Shown piece by piece: positions 47,661 to 60,496 of a DNA stretch of 64,000 nucleotides (its first letter is position 1; every line of letters starts with the position of its first letter). Source of the DNA: Somniosus microcephalus (lineage: Eukaryota); assembly GCA_052327205.1 (NCBI GenBank), contig CM126209.1, positions 149,482,001-149,546,000 of the forward strand, given 5' to 3'. Below the pieces are notes generated by a model. That model had not been told where the DNA came from. It was given only the letters and a program-made list of their open reading frames with translations, and searched no databases. A program made the translations under genes and the position numbers.

Positions 47661-49630
47661 ACATAGAAACATAGAAGATAGGAGCAGGAGTAGGCCATTC
47701 GGCCCCTCGAGCCTGCTCCGCCATTCAATGCGATCATGGCTGATCATCCAAATTCAGTACCCAGTCCCTGCTTTCTCCCCATACCCCTTGATCCCTTTAG
47801 CCTTGAGAAATATATCCAACTCCTTCTTGAATATATTTAACGAATTGGCCTCAACTGCCTTCTGTGGTAGAGAATTCCACAGGTTCACCACTCTGGGTGA
47901 AGAAATTCCTCCTCATTTCTATCCTAAATGGCCTACCCCTAATCCTTAGACTGTGACCCCTGGTTCTGGACTCCCCGACCATCGGGAACATCCTTCCAGC
48001 ATCTAGTCTGTCTAGTCCTGTTAGAATTTTATAAGTTTAAATGAGATCCCCTCTCATTCTTCTAAACTCCAGCGAGTATAAGCCCAATCGACCCAAACTC
48101 TCCTCATACGTCATTCCTGCCATCCCAGGTATCAGTCTGGTGAATCTTTGCTGCACTCTCTCCATGGCAAGAACATCCTTCCTCAGATAAGGCGACCAAA
48201 ACTGCACACAATACTCAAGATGTGGTCTCGCTAAGGCCCTGTACAACTGCAGCAAGACATCCTTGTTCATGTACTCAAACCCTCTCGCTACGAAGGCCAG
48301 CATACCATTTGCCTTCTTAACCGTCTGCTGCACCTGCATGCTTACCTTCAGCGACTGGTGCACAAGGACACCCAGGTCTCATTGCACTTCCCCCTTCTCC
48401 CAATCTATTGCCATTTAGATAATAATCTGCCTTCCTGTTTTTGCTACCAAAGTGGATAACCTCACATTTATCCACGTTATATTGCATCTGCCATGCTTCT
48501 GTCCAATCACCCAACCTGTCAAAATCATCCTGGAGTTTCTTGGCATCCTCCTCACAGCACACACGCCCACCCAGCTTTGTGTCGCCTGCAAATTTGGAGA
48601 TATTACATCTAGTTCCCTTGTCTAGATCATGAATATATATTGTGAATAGCTGGGGTCCAAGGACCAATCCCTGCGGTACCCCACTAGTCACTGCCTGCCA
48701 CTCGGAAAAAGACCCGTTTATTCCAACTCTTTGCTTTCTGTCTGTCAACCAGTTCTCTATCCAAGTCAGTACCTTGCCCCCAATCCCATGTGCCTTAATT
48801 TTACATGCTAATCTCTTATGCGGGACCTTATCGAAAGCCTTCTGAAAGTCCAAATGCACCACATCCACTGGTTCTCCCTTATCTATTTTATACATCCTCA
48901 AAAAATTCCAGTATATTAGTCAAGCACGATTTACCCTTTGTAAATCCATGTTGACTTTGTCCGATCCTGTCACTGTTTTCCAAGTGCTCTGCTATTGCAT
49001 CTTTTAAAATGGACTCTAGCATTTTCCCCACTACCGATGTCAGGCTTACCGGTCTGTAATTCCCCGTTTTCTCTCTACCACCTTTTTTGAATAATGGGGT
49101 AACATTAGCTACCCTCCAATCCATGGGTACTGTTCCAACATTCGATGGAATCTGGAAGATGACCAGCAATGCATCTACTATTTCTAGGGCCACTTCCTTA
49201 AGTACCCTAGGATGTAGATTATCAGGCCCTGGGGATTTATCAGCCTTCAATCCCATCAATTTCCTTAACACCATTTCCCTACAAATACTGATTTCTTTCA
49301 GTTTCTCCCTTTCATCAGACCCTATGTTCCTCGACATCTCTGGGAGGTTATTTGTGTCCTCCTTTGTGAAGACAGAACCAAAATATATATTTAATTGGTC
49401 TGCCATTTCTTCGTTCCCCATTATAATTTCCCCTGATTCTGACTGCAAGGGACCTACGCTTGACTTCACCAATCTTTTTCTCTTCACATATCTATAAAAG
49501 CTTTTACAGTCAGTTTTTATGTTCCCTGCAAGCTTATTCTCATTCTATTTTCCCCTTCTTAATTAATCCCTTTGTCCTCCTTTGTTGAATCCTAAACTGC
49601 TCCCAATCCTCAGGTTTACTGCTTTTTCTG
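47661..49630 (-). mobile_element. 5'-truncated CR1 LINE, frameshifted
   Basis: ACATAGAAACATAGAA tail; RT fragments 48037-49487; same subfamily as 12437-14650. Confidence 0.93.
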
Positions 49631-49800
49631 CAGTGAAAACTGGCATCAGTTTGGCATTTGGAACTGGGTGTCTCCATCTTGAGAGAGTCTTACACCATTT
49701 CAGTTTTGAACTGCAAAAGTCTTGCACCCTTTGGCTGTAAGATCACAACCGGCGCAAGTCTAAAAGCTTTAAAGCTTTTATAAGAGCTGGGGGTGTGTGG

Positions 49801-51062
49801 GGGGGGGGTAGTGAAATTTGGTTGTTTAGCACCTCCAGTGGGTGCTAGGAACTCAGCACCCGAGCGCGGCGATTTTATTGCCGCTCGCGAAATTGACCAG
49901 TCATTTTGCAGCGGTGTTAAACACTACCGCCAAGATCTCCTGCACCCGCAGAACATGATGTTAGTCGAGCGTGTAGTGCCCCGGACCGGATATTGAGTTG
50001 CGCCCCCTTCCTTGGCATCTGCTACTAGAAATGACAGATAAAGGGGAACGTTTTCAAGTCGGGAAGGGGCTGGGGGAGTGCTATTTAAAGGCGGGCGCTT
50101 CCTGCCTTTTCTTGTCGGCAAAATTTTTGGTACACGCAGGTTGAGAGGGAGAGACAGCCTAAGGAGTTTTGGCCCTCAGCACCACTTTTGAGGTTCCTAA
50201 GCGCCGAGCTCTTTCCCTGGGCCTATCCATTAGTGCATCCAACACAATTGCTTTTGAGGTCTCTCCAGGCAGAGATTCAAGGCTGCAATGAGCAGGGTGT
50301 GGCTGGCCAGCAAGATGGCTGCTCCCCTTAAGAACTGGAGTGTCAGTGTGTCTGGCTTCCATGGTAACTGATATTGCATGAGCTTCGTTAGCGTTCTGAG
50401 GTAGCGCCTCGCTCCCCAACGTTTGCGCCTTGTGAGAGGTGTGTAGCGCATGATTTAGCGCTTGTTGGGGTAAAAGAGAAGTCTTCCCTCCTCTCAAGCG
50501 GACCCCCTGAGATAAGGGGTCGACTCTTGCCCTATAGCAACCACAAATTCACCAGACGGACACCTTTGATAAGTTTCACGATCTTTATTCATGCATATGC
50601 AGGGGTAAAATCTCAGTCTCATCCCAGAGAAAGGATTCTTCCCCCGAGTATCAAATACGTACAGCAATTATACCCTAACTTGAGGCGTGCACCCCCTTCT
50701 ATGCTCATTGATTGGTCTACAGAATCATGCTTTGAGAATCTGTATGTCCTGTCTTAAGCAAGGACAAAAGACCAGCTTATTAGCTTTACAGTTCCTGTTT
50801 TGTCTAGGTCCTACATTCCTAAGCAAGGATAGGAGACAAACTTATCAGCTTCTAGTTTCCACTAATTTTAATTTTAAGAAGTTATAGTTTCTTCTAACTT
50901 TAATTCTAAAGTAATTTTTGTCCCCTTACAGCGCTCAAATCACCTGCAGGGGGGATAGAGGCAAATTTTGCAGTCGGAGGCGATAATTAGCGCCGAGCGC
51001 TAAAATTTGCATCTGGCCAATATTGGTGCCCTAAAATGGGTGATGCCCAATTTTTTCCCCCC
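49801..51062. mobile_element. GC-rich Harbinger-type non-autonomous element interrupted by a solo LTR
   Basis: GGGG..GAAATTTGG and CCCAATTTTTTCCCC ends; many tagcgc motifs; TSD not resolved. Confidence 0.45.
50463..50930 (-). mobile_element. Solo LTR (468 bp), possibly ERV-like
   Basis: TGTTGGGG...CCCCTTACA termini; 5-bp TSD GCGCT on both sides; AATAAA, TATAA and CCAAT in the expected order on the minus strand. Confidence 0.85.
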
Positions 51063-51295
51063 AGGTGACTTGAACCACAAGTAAGTTTCTAATATTGGAA
51101 AAGAGCCGAACGTCCCATCGACTCTTTTATGGCAGGAATTTGATCAGTAAGTAAAAGCTCATGAGTAGTTTATTTTCAAACAATGCTTGCATAGATCGCT
51201 GCTTTCCTTTGGTTATAAAATTGTGTGACGATGCCAGTGTCATATATTGATTCACTAGCACTGCTCTAAAATTGGGTGCCTATGTTAAACATAAT

Positions 51296-52170
51296 GGCTC
51301 AAAAATTGCGGTCGGCGGCGTAGCTGAGGAGTACGCCACTGACCTACGAAAAAAATACGAACTTATCTCGTGCGAGGCCCAGAGCAGAGACTTCCTCTTC
51401 AGCACTGCAGAGTTGTGCGTAGCGTATGACATCACGACGGCCGGGAGCGCAGCGTACAGCCTGTGCGTAAAGGAAGATACGCCCACAGAAACTTCTCTGT
51501 CTCTTCCATTGAAATTACATTTTAAATACTTTTCATTAAACTGGTACTTGGACTTATTTCATATCAGCATTTTCTTTTTTTTTCATCCAAACTCTCAATT
51601 TATTAGTCCTATGTATACAACTTCCTGTTTTGATACTCAGTAAAGGTCTAACAATGTTTTATATCTCCTATAAGTAACTTTGTTGAAATTCAAAAAGAAA
51701 TTTGCAGCCATATATTTAATGTTAATTTTCAGGATTATAATATTATTCAGACCTCATTTTGACTGGTAATAGATAAATCTATTTTCCTTGTTATAAATGT
51801 ATTATATTGTTTGTTCATTTTTTGAGTTGAAAGGACAGAATTGTTCACTGAAACCTGATAGACGTTCACTTTATTTAACTTTCGTATTCAACTTCCCATG
51901 TAATTAAAATGAAACTCGACCGACAAAAAATGTTTCCACCACCAAAATGTACACAATATGCATACATCGATCTTTTTACCAACTGTAAAATTTTCGGCCG
52001 TAATTGGTGGGTAGTTAGCCCAACTCTGCGCCAGTAATTAGTATTTCCCTGTCGGTGCAGATCATCTGTCCAGGCGTACCTTGACAGATTGCAAGTTTGG
52101 GATTTAGCACATGCGCATGCAGAAATCCCATACTCTGAGTACGCCATTATATCCACCACAAAATCTACCC
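51296..52170. mobile_element. MITE related to the left arm of the 35961 Harbinger
   Basis: AAT-GGCTCAAAAATTGCGG ... CCACAAAATCTACCC-AAT; shares the internal agcccaactctg.gccag block with ~36507. Confidence 0.6.
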
Positions 52171-52651
52171 AATTGATATTTGATGTTGGGGTAGTTTATC
52201 TGGGGACCACATCTATCTAATTTAGAATACACTTGTAGAAATGTGAGTGGGGATGTCCCAAAGCTTGTAATGATGGCTCATCCTTTTAGGATTTAGTTAC
52301 TACATGTACCATTGCAATGAATTGCTATTGAAGATTCTTTCGTGGGCAAATTATAAACAAGGGTCATATTTTTTTTTTAATGTAGAAAAATTGTGGAGGC
52401 CATTTATTGCACAGCAGTCACATGATACAAAAAACCTGCATATTGAAAGCTGTTTTGCGTTGTATTTATATATACTTTCTTTGCTGAATCTATATCTATA
52501 TCCTGTTTAAATTCTCTGAACCAGAATGGGATTCCCGGCCTTGCTTATGAAGAGATGCCTGAAATCAGCATGCCTGTTGATGAAAGAATTCAAAATAAAA
52601 GTGATGTGGTAAGATGCAAACTTGATTTAATATTTAATGATGCTCTGGTAA

Positions 52652-53580
52652 TCATAGAATCTTACAGCACAGAATGAGGATATTCGGTCCATTGTGCATG
52701 TGCCAGCTCTTTGAAAGAGCCGTTCAATTTAGCCCCACACCACAGCTTTTACCCCATTACCCTGCAAATTAGTTCTTGAGTACTTGTCCAATTGTCTTTT
52801 CAAAGTTTCTATGGAATCTGATTCTACCACCCTTTCAAGTAGTGTGTTCCAGATTCTAACAACTCTCTGTGTGGAAAAAAATTCCCCTCTAGTTCTTTTG
52901 CCAATTATTTTAAATCTATGACCTTTGGTTACCAATCCACTTGCCAGAGGAAACAGTTTCTCCCTACTTGCTCTATCAAAATCCTCATAATTTTGAATAC
53001 CTCTATTAGGTCTCTCCTTAACCTTCACTGCTCTAAGGCGAACAGTCTCGGCTTCTCCAATCTCTCAAAGTAACTGAAGGCCCTTATCCCTAGTAAACCT
53101 TCTCTGTACCCTCTCCAAGGCCTTGACATCCTCCTAAAGTGTGGCGCCCAGAATTGTATGTAAAATCCCAGCTGAGGCCTAAAGAGTGATTTGTAAAGGT
53201 TTAGCATTACTTCCTTGTTTTTGTATTCAATCCCCCTATTTACGAAGCCAAGTATCCCAAACACGTTCTTAACCACCTTATCAACTTGTCCTACCACCTT
53301 CAAAGATTTGTGAATATGCATCCCTAGGACCCTCTGCTCTTGCCTCCCCCTGGCAATATAGTACCATTTGGATTATACTGCCTCTCCATGTTGTTTCTCC
53401 CAAAGTGCATCACTTCCCACTTATCTGCATTAAATTGTATTTGCATGTGTCTGCCCATTTCACCAGTCTGTCTATGTCCTCCTGAAGTCTGTGACTATCC
53501 TGCTAACTATTTACTACGTTGGCAGGTTTTGTATCATTTGCAAACTTCAAAATTGTACTCTTATACCCAAGTACAGGCCA
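52652..53580 (-). mobile_element. Older CR1 3' fragment
   Basis: catagaatc tail; RGIEYKNKEVMLNLYKSL and TQRVVRIWN motifs. Confidence 0.8.
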
Positions 53581-53599
53581 TTTATATATATAATATATA

Positions 53600-54600
53600 T
53601 ATGAGCAGAGTAGCTCAAGTCAGAAAGGTAGTGAATTTCAAGTGTATTCAAGATAGTTTTCTGGAGCAATATGTTCTAGATCCAACAAGAGGGCAGGCCA
53701 TACTAGATTGAGTAATTAGCCAGGCTAAAGAATATTTATCTACCAGTGATCATAATATGATTAAATTCAATATTGGGCTTGAAAAGGAAAAAGCTTGAAA
53801 AGGGAAAAACTTAACAGTTACTGAGATTCTAGAGTTTGGTAACGCTAACTTTAATGTAATGAGACAGAAACTGATGAGGACAAACTGGTCAAGACTGTTA
53901 TCTGGTAAAAGTACAGAGGAACAGTGGGAGGTGTTCAAAAAAGAATCTGGCTTCATACAGGATCAATATAAATACCCCGAAAGGGAAAGAGCTCCACTTG
54001 CCAAATAAAATAGCCATGGTTGACAAGAGATGAGAGAACCTAAAACTAAAGGAAGAGCATATAATAGTGCAAAGAATAGTGTAAATTTAGGGGATGGGGA
54101 GAACAGCAAAGCAAGACAAAAACAATAGTAAGAGATACAAAAAGAAACTTGAGGGATATCAAGATTAACACAAGTTTTTACGATTATTGAAGAAAAAGGG
54201 TAATGTGGGCCTTTTAAAACAGATGGGGTAATATAGCAAATAAAAATAAGGAAGTGACAGACTTGTTGAATTATTTTGTGTAGGTCTTCACAGAAGAGGA
54301 TGATAATATAACTGACACTCCAGGGAAATTAATAATGGATCCAGGACTGGAACGTCTTAAAGTTAATGTAAGCAAGAAAACCGTATTAGAAAAAATAATG
54401 ACACTAAAGACTGACAAAGCCCCAGGACCTGATTGTTTCCAGCCCAGAGTTTTAAAGGAAGTAGCTGAGGAAATTGCAGATGCTTTAGCTATAATCTTCC
54501 AAAATGGTCTCAATTCAGGAATTGTCCCTTTTTTTAAAATTGGAAAATTGCAATATAACTCCATTATTTAAGAAGGTGAGAGAAATCAGGAAATTATAGA
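53600..54600 (+). mobile_element. Older CR1 ORF2 fragment, left part (host of the 54601 insertion)
   Basis: FLEQYVLDPTRGQAILD, KAPGPD..PRVLKE; breaks at NYR and resumes PVSLTS at 58315. Confidence 0.8.
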
Positions 54601-57600
54601 CATAGAAACATAGAAGATAGGAGCAGGAGTAGGCCATTTGGCCCCTCGAGCCTGCTCCGCCATTCAATGAGATCATTGCTGATCATCCTAATTCAGTACC
54701 CTGTTCCTGCCTTCTCTCCATATTCCTGGATCCCTTTAGCCTTAAGAAATATATCCAACTCCTTGAATATATTTAATGAATTGGCCTCTACTGCCTTCTT
54801 TGGCAGAGAATTCCATAGGTTCACCACTCTGGGTGAAGAAACTCCTCCTCCATTTCTGTCCTAATTGGCTTACCCCTTATCCTTAGACTGTGACCCCTGG
54901 TTCTGGACTCCCTGACCATCAGGAACATCCTTCCAGTGTCTAGTCCTGTTAGAATTTTATAAGTTTTGATGAGATCCCCTCTCATTCTTCTAAACTCCAG
55001 CGAGTATAAGCCCAATCGACCCAATTTCGCCTCATACGTCATTCCTGCCATCCCAGGTATCAGCCTGGTGAATCTTAGCTGCACTACTTCCATGGCAAGA
55101 ACATCCTTCCTCAGATAAGGTGACCAAAACTGCACACAATACTCAATATGTGGCCTCACCAAGGCCCTGTACAACTGCAGCAAGACATCCTTGTTCCTGT
55201 ACTCAAACCCTCTCGCTAAGAAGGCCAACATACCATTTGCCGCCTTAACTGCCTGCATGCTTACCTTCAGCGACTGGTGCACAAGGACGCCCAGGTCTCC
55301 TTGCACTTCCCCTTCTCCCAATCTATTGCCATTTAGATAATCTGCCTTCCTGTTTTTGACACCAAAGTGGATAACCTCGCATTTATCCACGTTATATTGC
55401 ATCTGCCATGCTTCTGACCAATCACCCAACCTGTCCAAATCATACTGGAGTTTCTCGGCATGCTCCTCATAGCACACACGCCCACCCAGCTTTGTGTCGT
55501 CTGCAAACTTGGAGACATTGCATCTAGTTCCCTAGTCCAGATCATTAATATATATTGTGAATAGCTGGGGTCCAAGGACCAATCCCTGCGGTACCCCACT
55601 AGTCACTGCCTGCCACTCGGAAAAAGACCCGTTTATTCCAACTCTTTGCTTTCTGTCTGCCAACCAGTTCTCTATCCAAGTCAATACCTTGCCCCCAATC
55701 CCATGTGCCTTAATTTTACACACTAATCTCTTATGCGGGACCTTATCGAAAGCCTTTTGAAAATCCAAATGCACCACATCCACTGGTTCTCCCTTATCTA
55801 TTTTACCAGTTACATCCTCAAAAAAATTCCAGCAGATTAGTCAAGCACGATTTACCTTTCGTAAAGCCATGTTGACTTTGTCCGATCCGGTCACTTTCCA
55901 AGTGCTCTGCTATTACATCCTTTATAATGGACATTTTCCCCACTACCGATGTTGGGCTTCTGTAATTCCCCGTTTTCTTTCTACCACCCTTTTTGAACAG
56001 TGGGGTAACATTAGCTACCCTCCAATCCATGGTTACTGTTCCAGAATCTATCGAATTTTGGAAGATGACCATCAATGCATCTACTATTTCTAGGGCCACT
56101 TCCTTAAGTACCCTAGGATATAGATTATCAGGCCCTGGGGATTTATCGGCCCTCAATACTTTCAATTTTCCTAACACCATTTCCCTACAAATACTGATTT
56201 CTCTCAGTTCCTCCCTTTCATTAGACCCTATGTTCCCCGATATCTTTGGGAGGTTATTTGTGTCCTCCTTTGTGAAGACAGAACTAAAGTATGTATTTAA
56301 TTGGTCCGCCAGTTCTTTGTTCCCCATTATAAATTCCCCTGATTCTGACTGCAAGGGACCTACGCTTGACTTCACCAATCTTTTTCTCTTCACATATCTA
56401 TAAAAGCTTTTACAGTCAGTTTTTATGTTCCCTGAAAGCTTATTCTCATACTCTATTTCCCCCCTCTTAATTAATCCCTTTGTCCTCCTTTGAACCCTAA
56501 ACTGCTCCCAATCCTCAGGTTTACTGCTTTTTCTGGCCAATTTATATGTCCTCTCCTTGGATCGTGTGCTATCCCTAATTTCCCTTGTTAGCCATGGTTG
56601 AGTCACCTTTTTTTGTTTTATTTTTATGCCAAACTGGGATGAACAAATTCTGTAGTTCATCCATCCGATCTTTGAATATTTGCCATTGCCCATTCACCGT
56701 CAACCCTTTGAGTGACATTCCCCAATCAATCCTACCCAAGTCGCATCTCATACCATCGTAGTCTCCTTTATTTAAATTCAGGACCCTAGTCTCTGAGTCA
56801 ACTATTTCACTCACTGAATTATATCATATTATGATTGCTCCGACCAAAGGGGCCTCGGACAACAAGATTGCTAATTAATCCTTTCTCATTACATAATACC
56901 CAGTCTAAGATGGCCTGATCTCCAGTTGGTTCCTCAACATATTGGTCCAGGAAACCATCCCGTATACACTCCAAGAATTCCTCCTCCACAGTATTGTTAC
57001 TAATTTGGTAAGCCCAAACTATATGTAGATTAAAGTCACCCATGATAACTACTGTGCCCTTATTGCACGCTTCTCTAATTTCTCGTTTAATGCCATCCCC
57101 GACCTCCGCATTACTGTTTGGAGGTCTATATACCACTCCCACTAACGTTTTCTGCCCCTTGGTATTTCTCAGTTCTACCCATGCAGATTCCACATCATCA
57201 GAGCTAATATCCAATTGTGTTAATCCCCTCTTGAACCAGCAATGCTACCCCACCTCCTTTTCCTTTCTGCCTATCTTTCCTGAATATTGAATACCCCTGG
57301 ATGTTGAGTTCCCAGCCTTGGCCACCCTGGAGCCATGTTTCCGCAATCCCAAGCATATCATATTCGTTTACTTCTATTTGCGCAGTAATTCATCCACCTT
57401 ATTACGAATGCTCCTCTTGTTAAGACACAAAGCCTTCAGGCTTGTTTTTTTAATGCTCTTAGATCTTTTAGAATAATTATTTACTGTGGCCATGTTTGAT
57501 TTAAACCCTTGATTTCTCTGCCTGTCACTTTTGTTCTCCTTCCTATCTTTTGCTTTTATCCTTGTTTCCCTTTTCTTTGTTTCCCCGCTCAGGTTCCCAA

Positions 57601-58314
57601 CCCCCTGCCATTTTAGTTTAAACCCTCCCCCAGAGCACTAGCAAACACTCCCCCCTAGGACATCGGTCCCGGCCCTGCCCAGGTGCAAACCGTCTGGTTT
57701 GAACTGGTCCCACCTCCCCCAGAACCGGTTCCAATGTCCCAGGAATTTGAATCCCTCCCCCTGGCACCATTCCTCTAGCCACGTATTCATCTGAAATATC
57801 CTTCTATTTCTTCTCTGACTAGCACGTGGCACTGGTAGCAATCCTGAGATTACCACCTTTTGAGGTCCTGTTTTTTAATTTGCCTCCTAACTCCCTATAT
57901 TCAGCTTTTAGGACCTCATCCGGTTTTTTCCTATATCGTTGGTACCTATATGCACCACGACAACTGGCTGTTCACCCTCCCCCTCCAGAATGCCCTGCAG
58001 CTGCTCCGAGACATCCTTGACCCTTGCACCAGGGAGGCAACATACCATTCTGGAGTCTCGTTTGCGGCCGCAGAAACACCTATCTATTCCCCTTACAATA
58101 GAATCCCCTATTACTATAGCTCTCCCCCTCTTTTTTTCCTCCCGTCCTGTGCAGCAGAACCACCCCTGGTGCCAGGAAGTTGGCTGCTGCTGCCTTCCCC
58201 TGTTAAGCCATCCCCCCCCATCAGTATCCAAAGTGGTATATCTGTTTGAGAAGGGGATGGCCACAGGGGACTCCTGCACTACCTGCCTGCACCTACTACT
58301 CTGCCTGTTGGTCA
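54601..58314 (-). mobile_element. Long CR1 LINE with partial ORF1 esterase and degraded ORF2
   Basis: ORF1 IVIGDSIVRG / HIGTND / DGLH (SGNH esterase); APE VVYRPP and MGDFN; RT; CATAGAAA tail. Confidence 0.93.
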
Positions 58315-58590
58315 CCTGTTAGTCTAACATCTGTTATGGGGAAGTTATTGGAATCTATAATTAAGGACAGAGTGACTGAGCACTTAGAGAAATTTGAGCT
58401 GATTAGAGAGAGCCCACATAGATTTGTAAAGGGTAGGTCACATCTAACGAACCTAATTGAATTTTGAGGCAGTATCTAAAGTAGTAGATAGGAGAATGCC
58501 TATGGATGTAGTTTATATGGACTTCCAGCAGGAGGCTCCATATAAGAAACTGTTAGCTAAAATTAAAGATCATGGAATTCAACGGCAAAT
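58315..58590 (+). mobile_element. Older CR1 ORF2 fragment, right part
   Basis: PVSLTSVMGKLLESIIKD...LTNLIEF continues 53600-54600. Confidence 0.8.
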
Positions 58591-58593
58591 TAT

Positions 58594-59030
58594 TCATAGA
58601 ATCATAGTATAGTACAGCACAGAAGGAGGCCATTCAGCCCATTGAATCTGCACCAGCTCTTTCATAGAGTAATCCAGTTAGCCCCATTCCTCCACTCTTT
58701 TTCCCCATATTCCTGGAATTATTTCTCCATCAAATATTTTTCCAATTCCCTTTTTGAAGGCTAGTATTGAATCTATATCCACCACCCTATCAGACTGCAT
58801 TCCAAATTCTAACCACTGGTTCTTTTGCCAATCACCTTAAATCTGTGCCCTCTGGTTATCAGTGCTTCAGCCATTGGAAACAGTTTCTCTTTCTTGACTC
58901 TATTTTACACACCTCTATCAAAAATCCTCTTTGCCATCTCTGCTCGAAGGAGAATGACCTCGGCTTCTTCAGTCTATCCATGTAATTGTAATCGCTCATC
59001 CCTGGAACCATTCTAGTAAATCTCTTCTGA
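58594..59030 (-). mobile_element. CR1 3' fragment
   Basis: catagaatcatag tail; QKRFTRMVPGM motif. Confidence 0.7.
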
Positions 59031-59551
59031 CCGAGCGGTCTGCACAGAGCGGCATTAAACCGACTGCACATAAACAGTGTTTTATTTGGGAAGAATTCAG
59101 AGAAGAAGGGGAAGGAGTTGCTGCTTTTTGCCTACACTACGTGTAGTGCTTTGTTTTAAAGATAGATTGTAGGAATGTCTAGTTCCTATCCAAAGACTGA
59201 GGGCCACTCGGGCGCTTAAACAAAATGAAGTTTAATGGAAACTAACAGGTTTAAACAAGTAATTGCAGGAGAACATCAAGTGTAGCTCTATTCAGTTCGG
59301 AGGCTCCACGAGGACTGCTCGCTGGTCCCGTGGTTGATGTCATGATGTCATCGCGTTCTTCCCGCCAGTGGGGGATCATGTGATGTACGGCGTGATGTCA
59401 TCGCGTTTACCCGCGCTGTTGAAGTAATCATGCTCTATACAAGTAAACAGTATACATAAAGATACAGACTCAGGCTGTAGCTAACATGTTGTTAAAGGGA
59501 ATTATATAAAAACAGTCTGAGTCCTTTAGTGGCTCCGCCACAAGATATTTA

Positions 59552-60238
59552 GGCCTAGAAATTCAGTTAGGGGCGCCCAGCTGGCTAGCACCCAAAAGTT
59601 AGCGCTGGGCGCGGAGCCATTAGCGATCGTCAGATACTCGGCTTCAGCGCCCCAATCCGGAACCGGGCGCTATTCCAGGGTGTGCCCGCCTCCGCTTGGG
59701 GCGCTGAAACTGAATTTCAGCGCTCTTGGCGCCGCTGCGGAGCGGCAGGCTGCGGTACTGCAGGCCTCCTCCTTCTCTTAAGGGGGAGCTGCCTGCAACG
59801 GGGAGATCGCCGCTGGAGAGTGCCGGCAAATGAGCCCGGCACCTCGGAGAAGTTCCGGGTTCGCGGAAAGCAGCCGGCAATGCCGCGGGGGGGGGTGGAG
59901 GAGGCCGGGGAAGGAGGTGCGGGCAGGTGGCCGCCGAAAAAGCGGCCGGCCGCACCTCCACCTTAAAGCGCCCCACTAAGGCTAGAGTACGGCCCTGTTT
60001 TCTGGTCGCTGTTTGCGGAGGAGGCGGCCGCAACTAAATATGGGGATCGGGCCAGTTTCGGGGCGGAACCGGGGCACTGCGCACACCGATGACGTCATCA
60101 GTGCCGGCGCAGCGCTAACGGCTACTGCCGCCAATACCGCTGCACTGAATATCAGCGCAAACTCATTTTTGGCGCAGAAGCCCTCTTTAGGCGGTAACTG
60201 GCCGCAAAGCTGGCAGTGCCTTAATGAATTTCTAGGCC
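59552..60238. mobile_element. Harbinger/Tourist-type MITE (687 bp)
   Basis: Perfect 14-bp TIR GGCCTAGAAATTCA; TTA target duplication on both sides. Confidence 0.9.
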
Positions 60239-60331
60239 TTAATTTCATAACCCAAAACTTAATCTAGATCAAGCCAAGAAACTAAACTGTAAACTAAGTT
60301 ATTTAATTAAATAGAAGGTGGTCATCTAGGG

Positions 60332-60496
60332 ATGGCAGTGCAGGCAGTATGCTGCAACTTCAGCATGTGGGAGTTTGTGGAGAGCATTGTGATCCCGGAC
60401 AACCAGGTTTGCAGTAAGTGCCTGCATCTTGATCAACTTCAGCTCAGAGTTTTTAAGCTGGAGTCTCAGGTGCAGACATTGTGGGGCATCAGGGAG
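60332..60496 (+). mobile_element. CR1 ORF1 N-terminal zinc-finger/leucine-zipper fragment
   Basis: MAVQAVCCNFSMWEF...VCSKCLHLDQLQLRVFKLESQVQTL; 59030-60331 is plausibly its 5' UTR. Confidence 0.65.

Noticed and set aside
57638-58315. Stand-alone SGNH esterase gene
   Set aside because: It is the known esterase domain of CR1 ORF1, directly upstream of the APE-RT ORF2.
59552-60238. CpG-island promoter or the GC-rich ORFs at 59644-60267
   Set aside because: GC-rich block is exactly bounded by TIRs and TTA duplications; it is a MITE.
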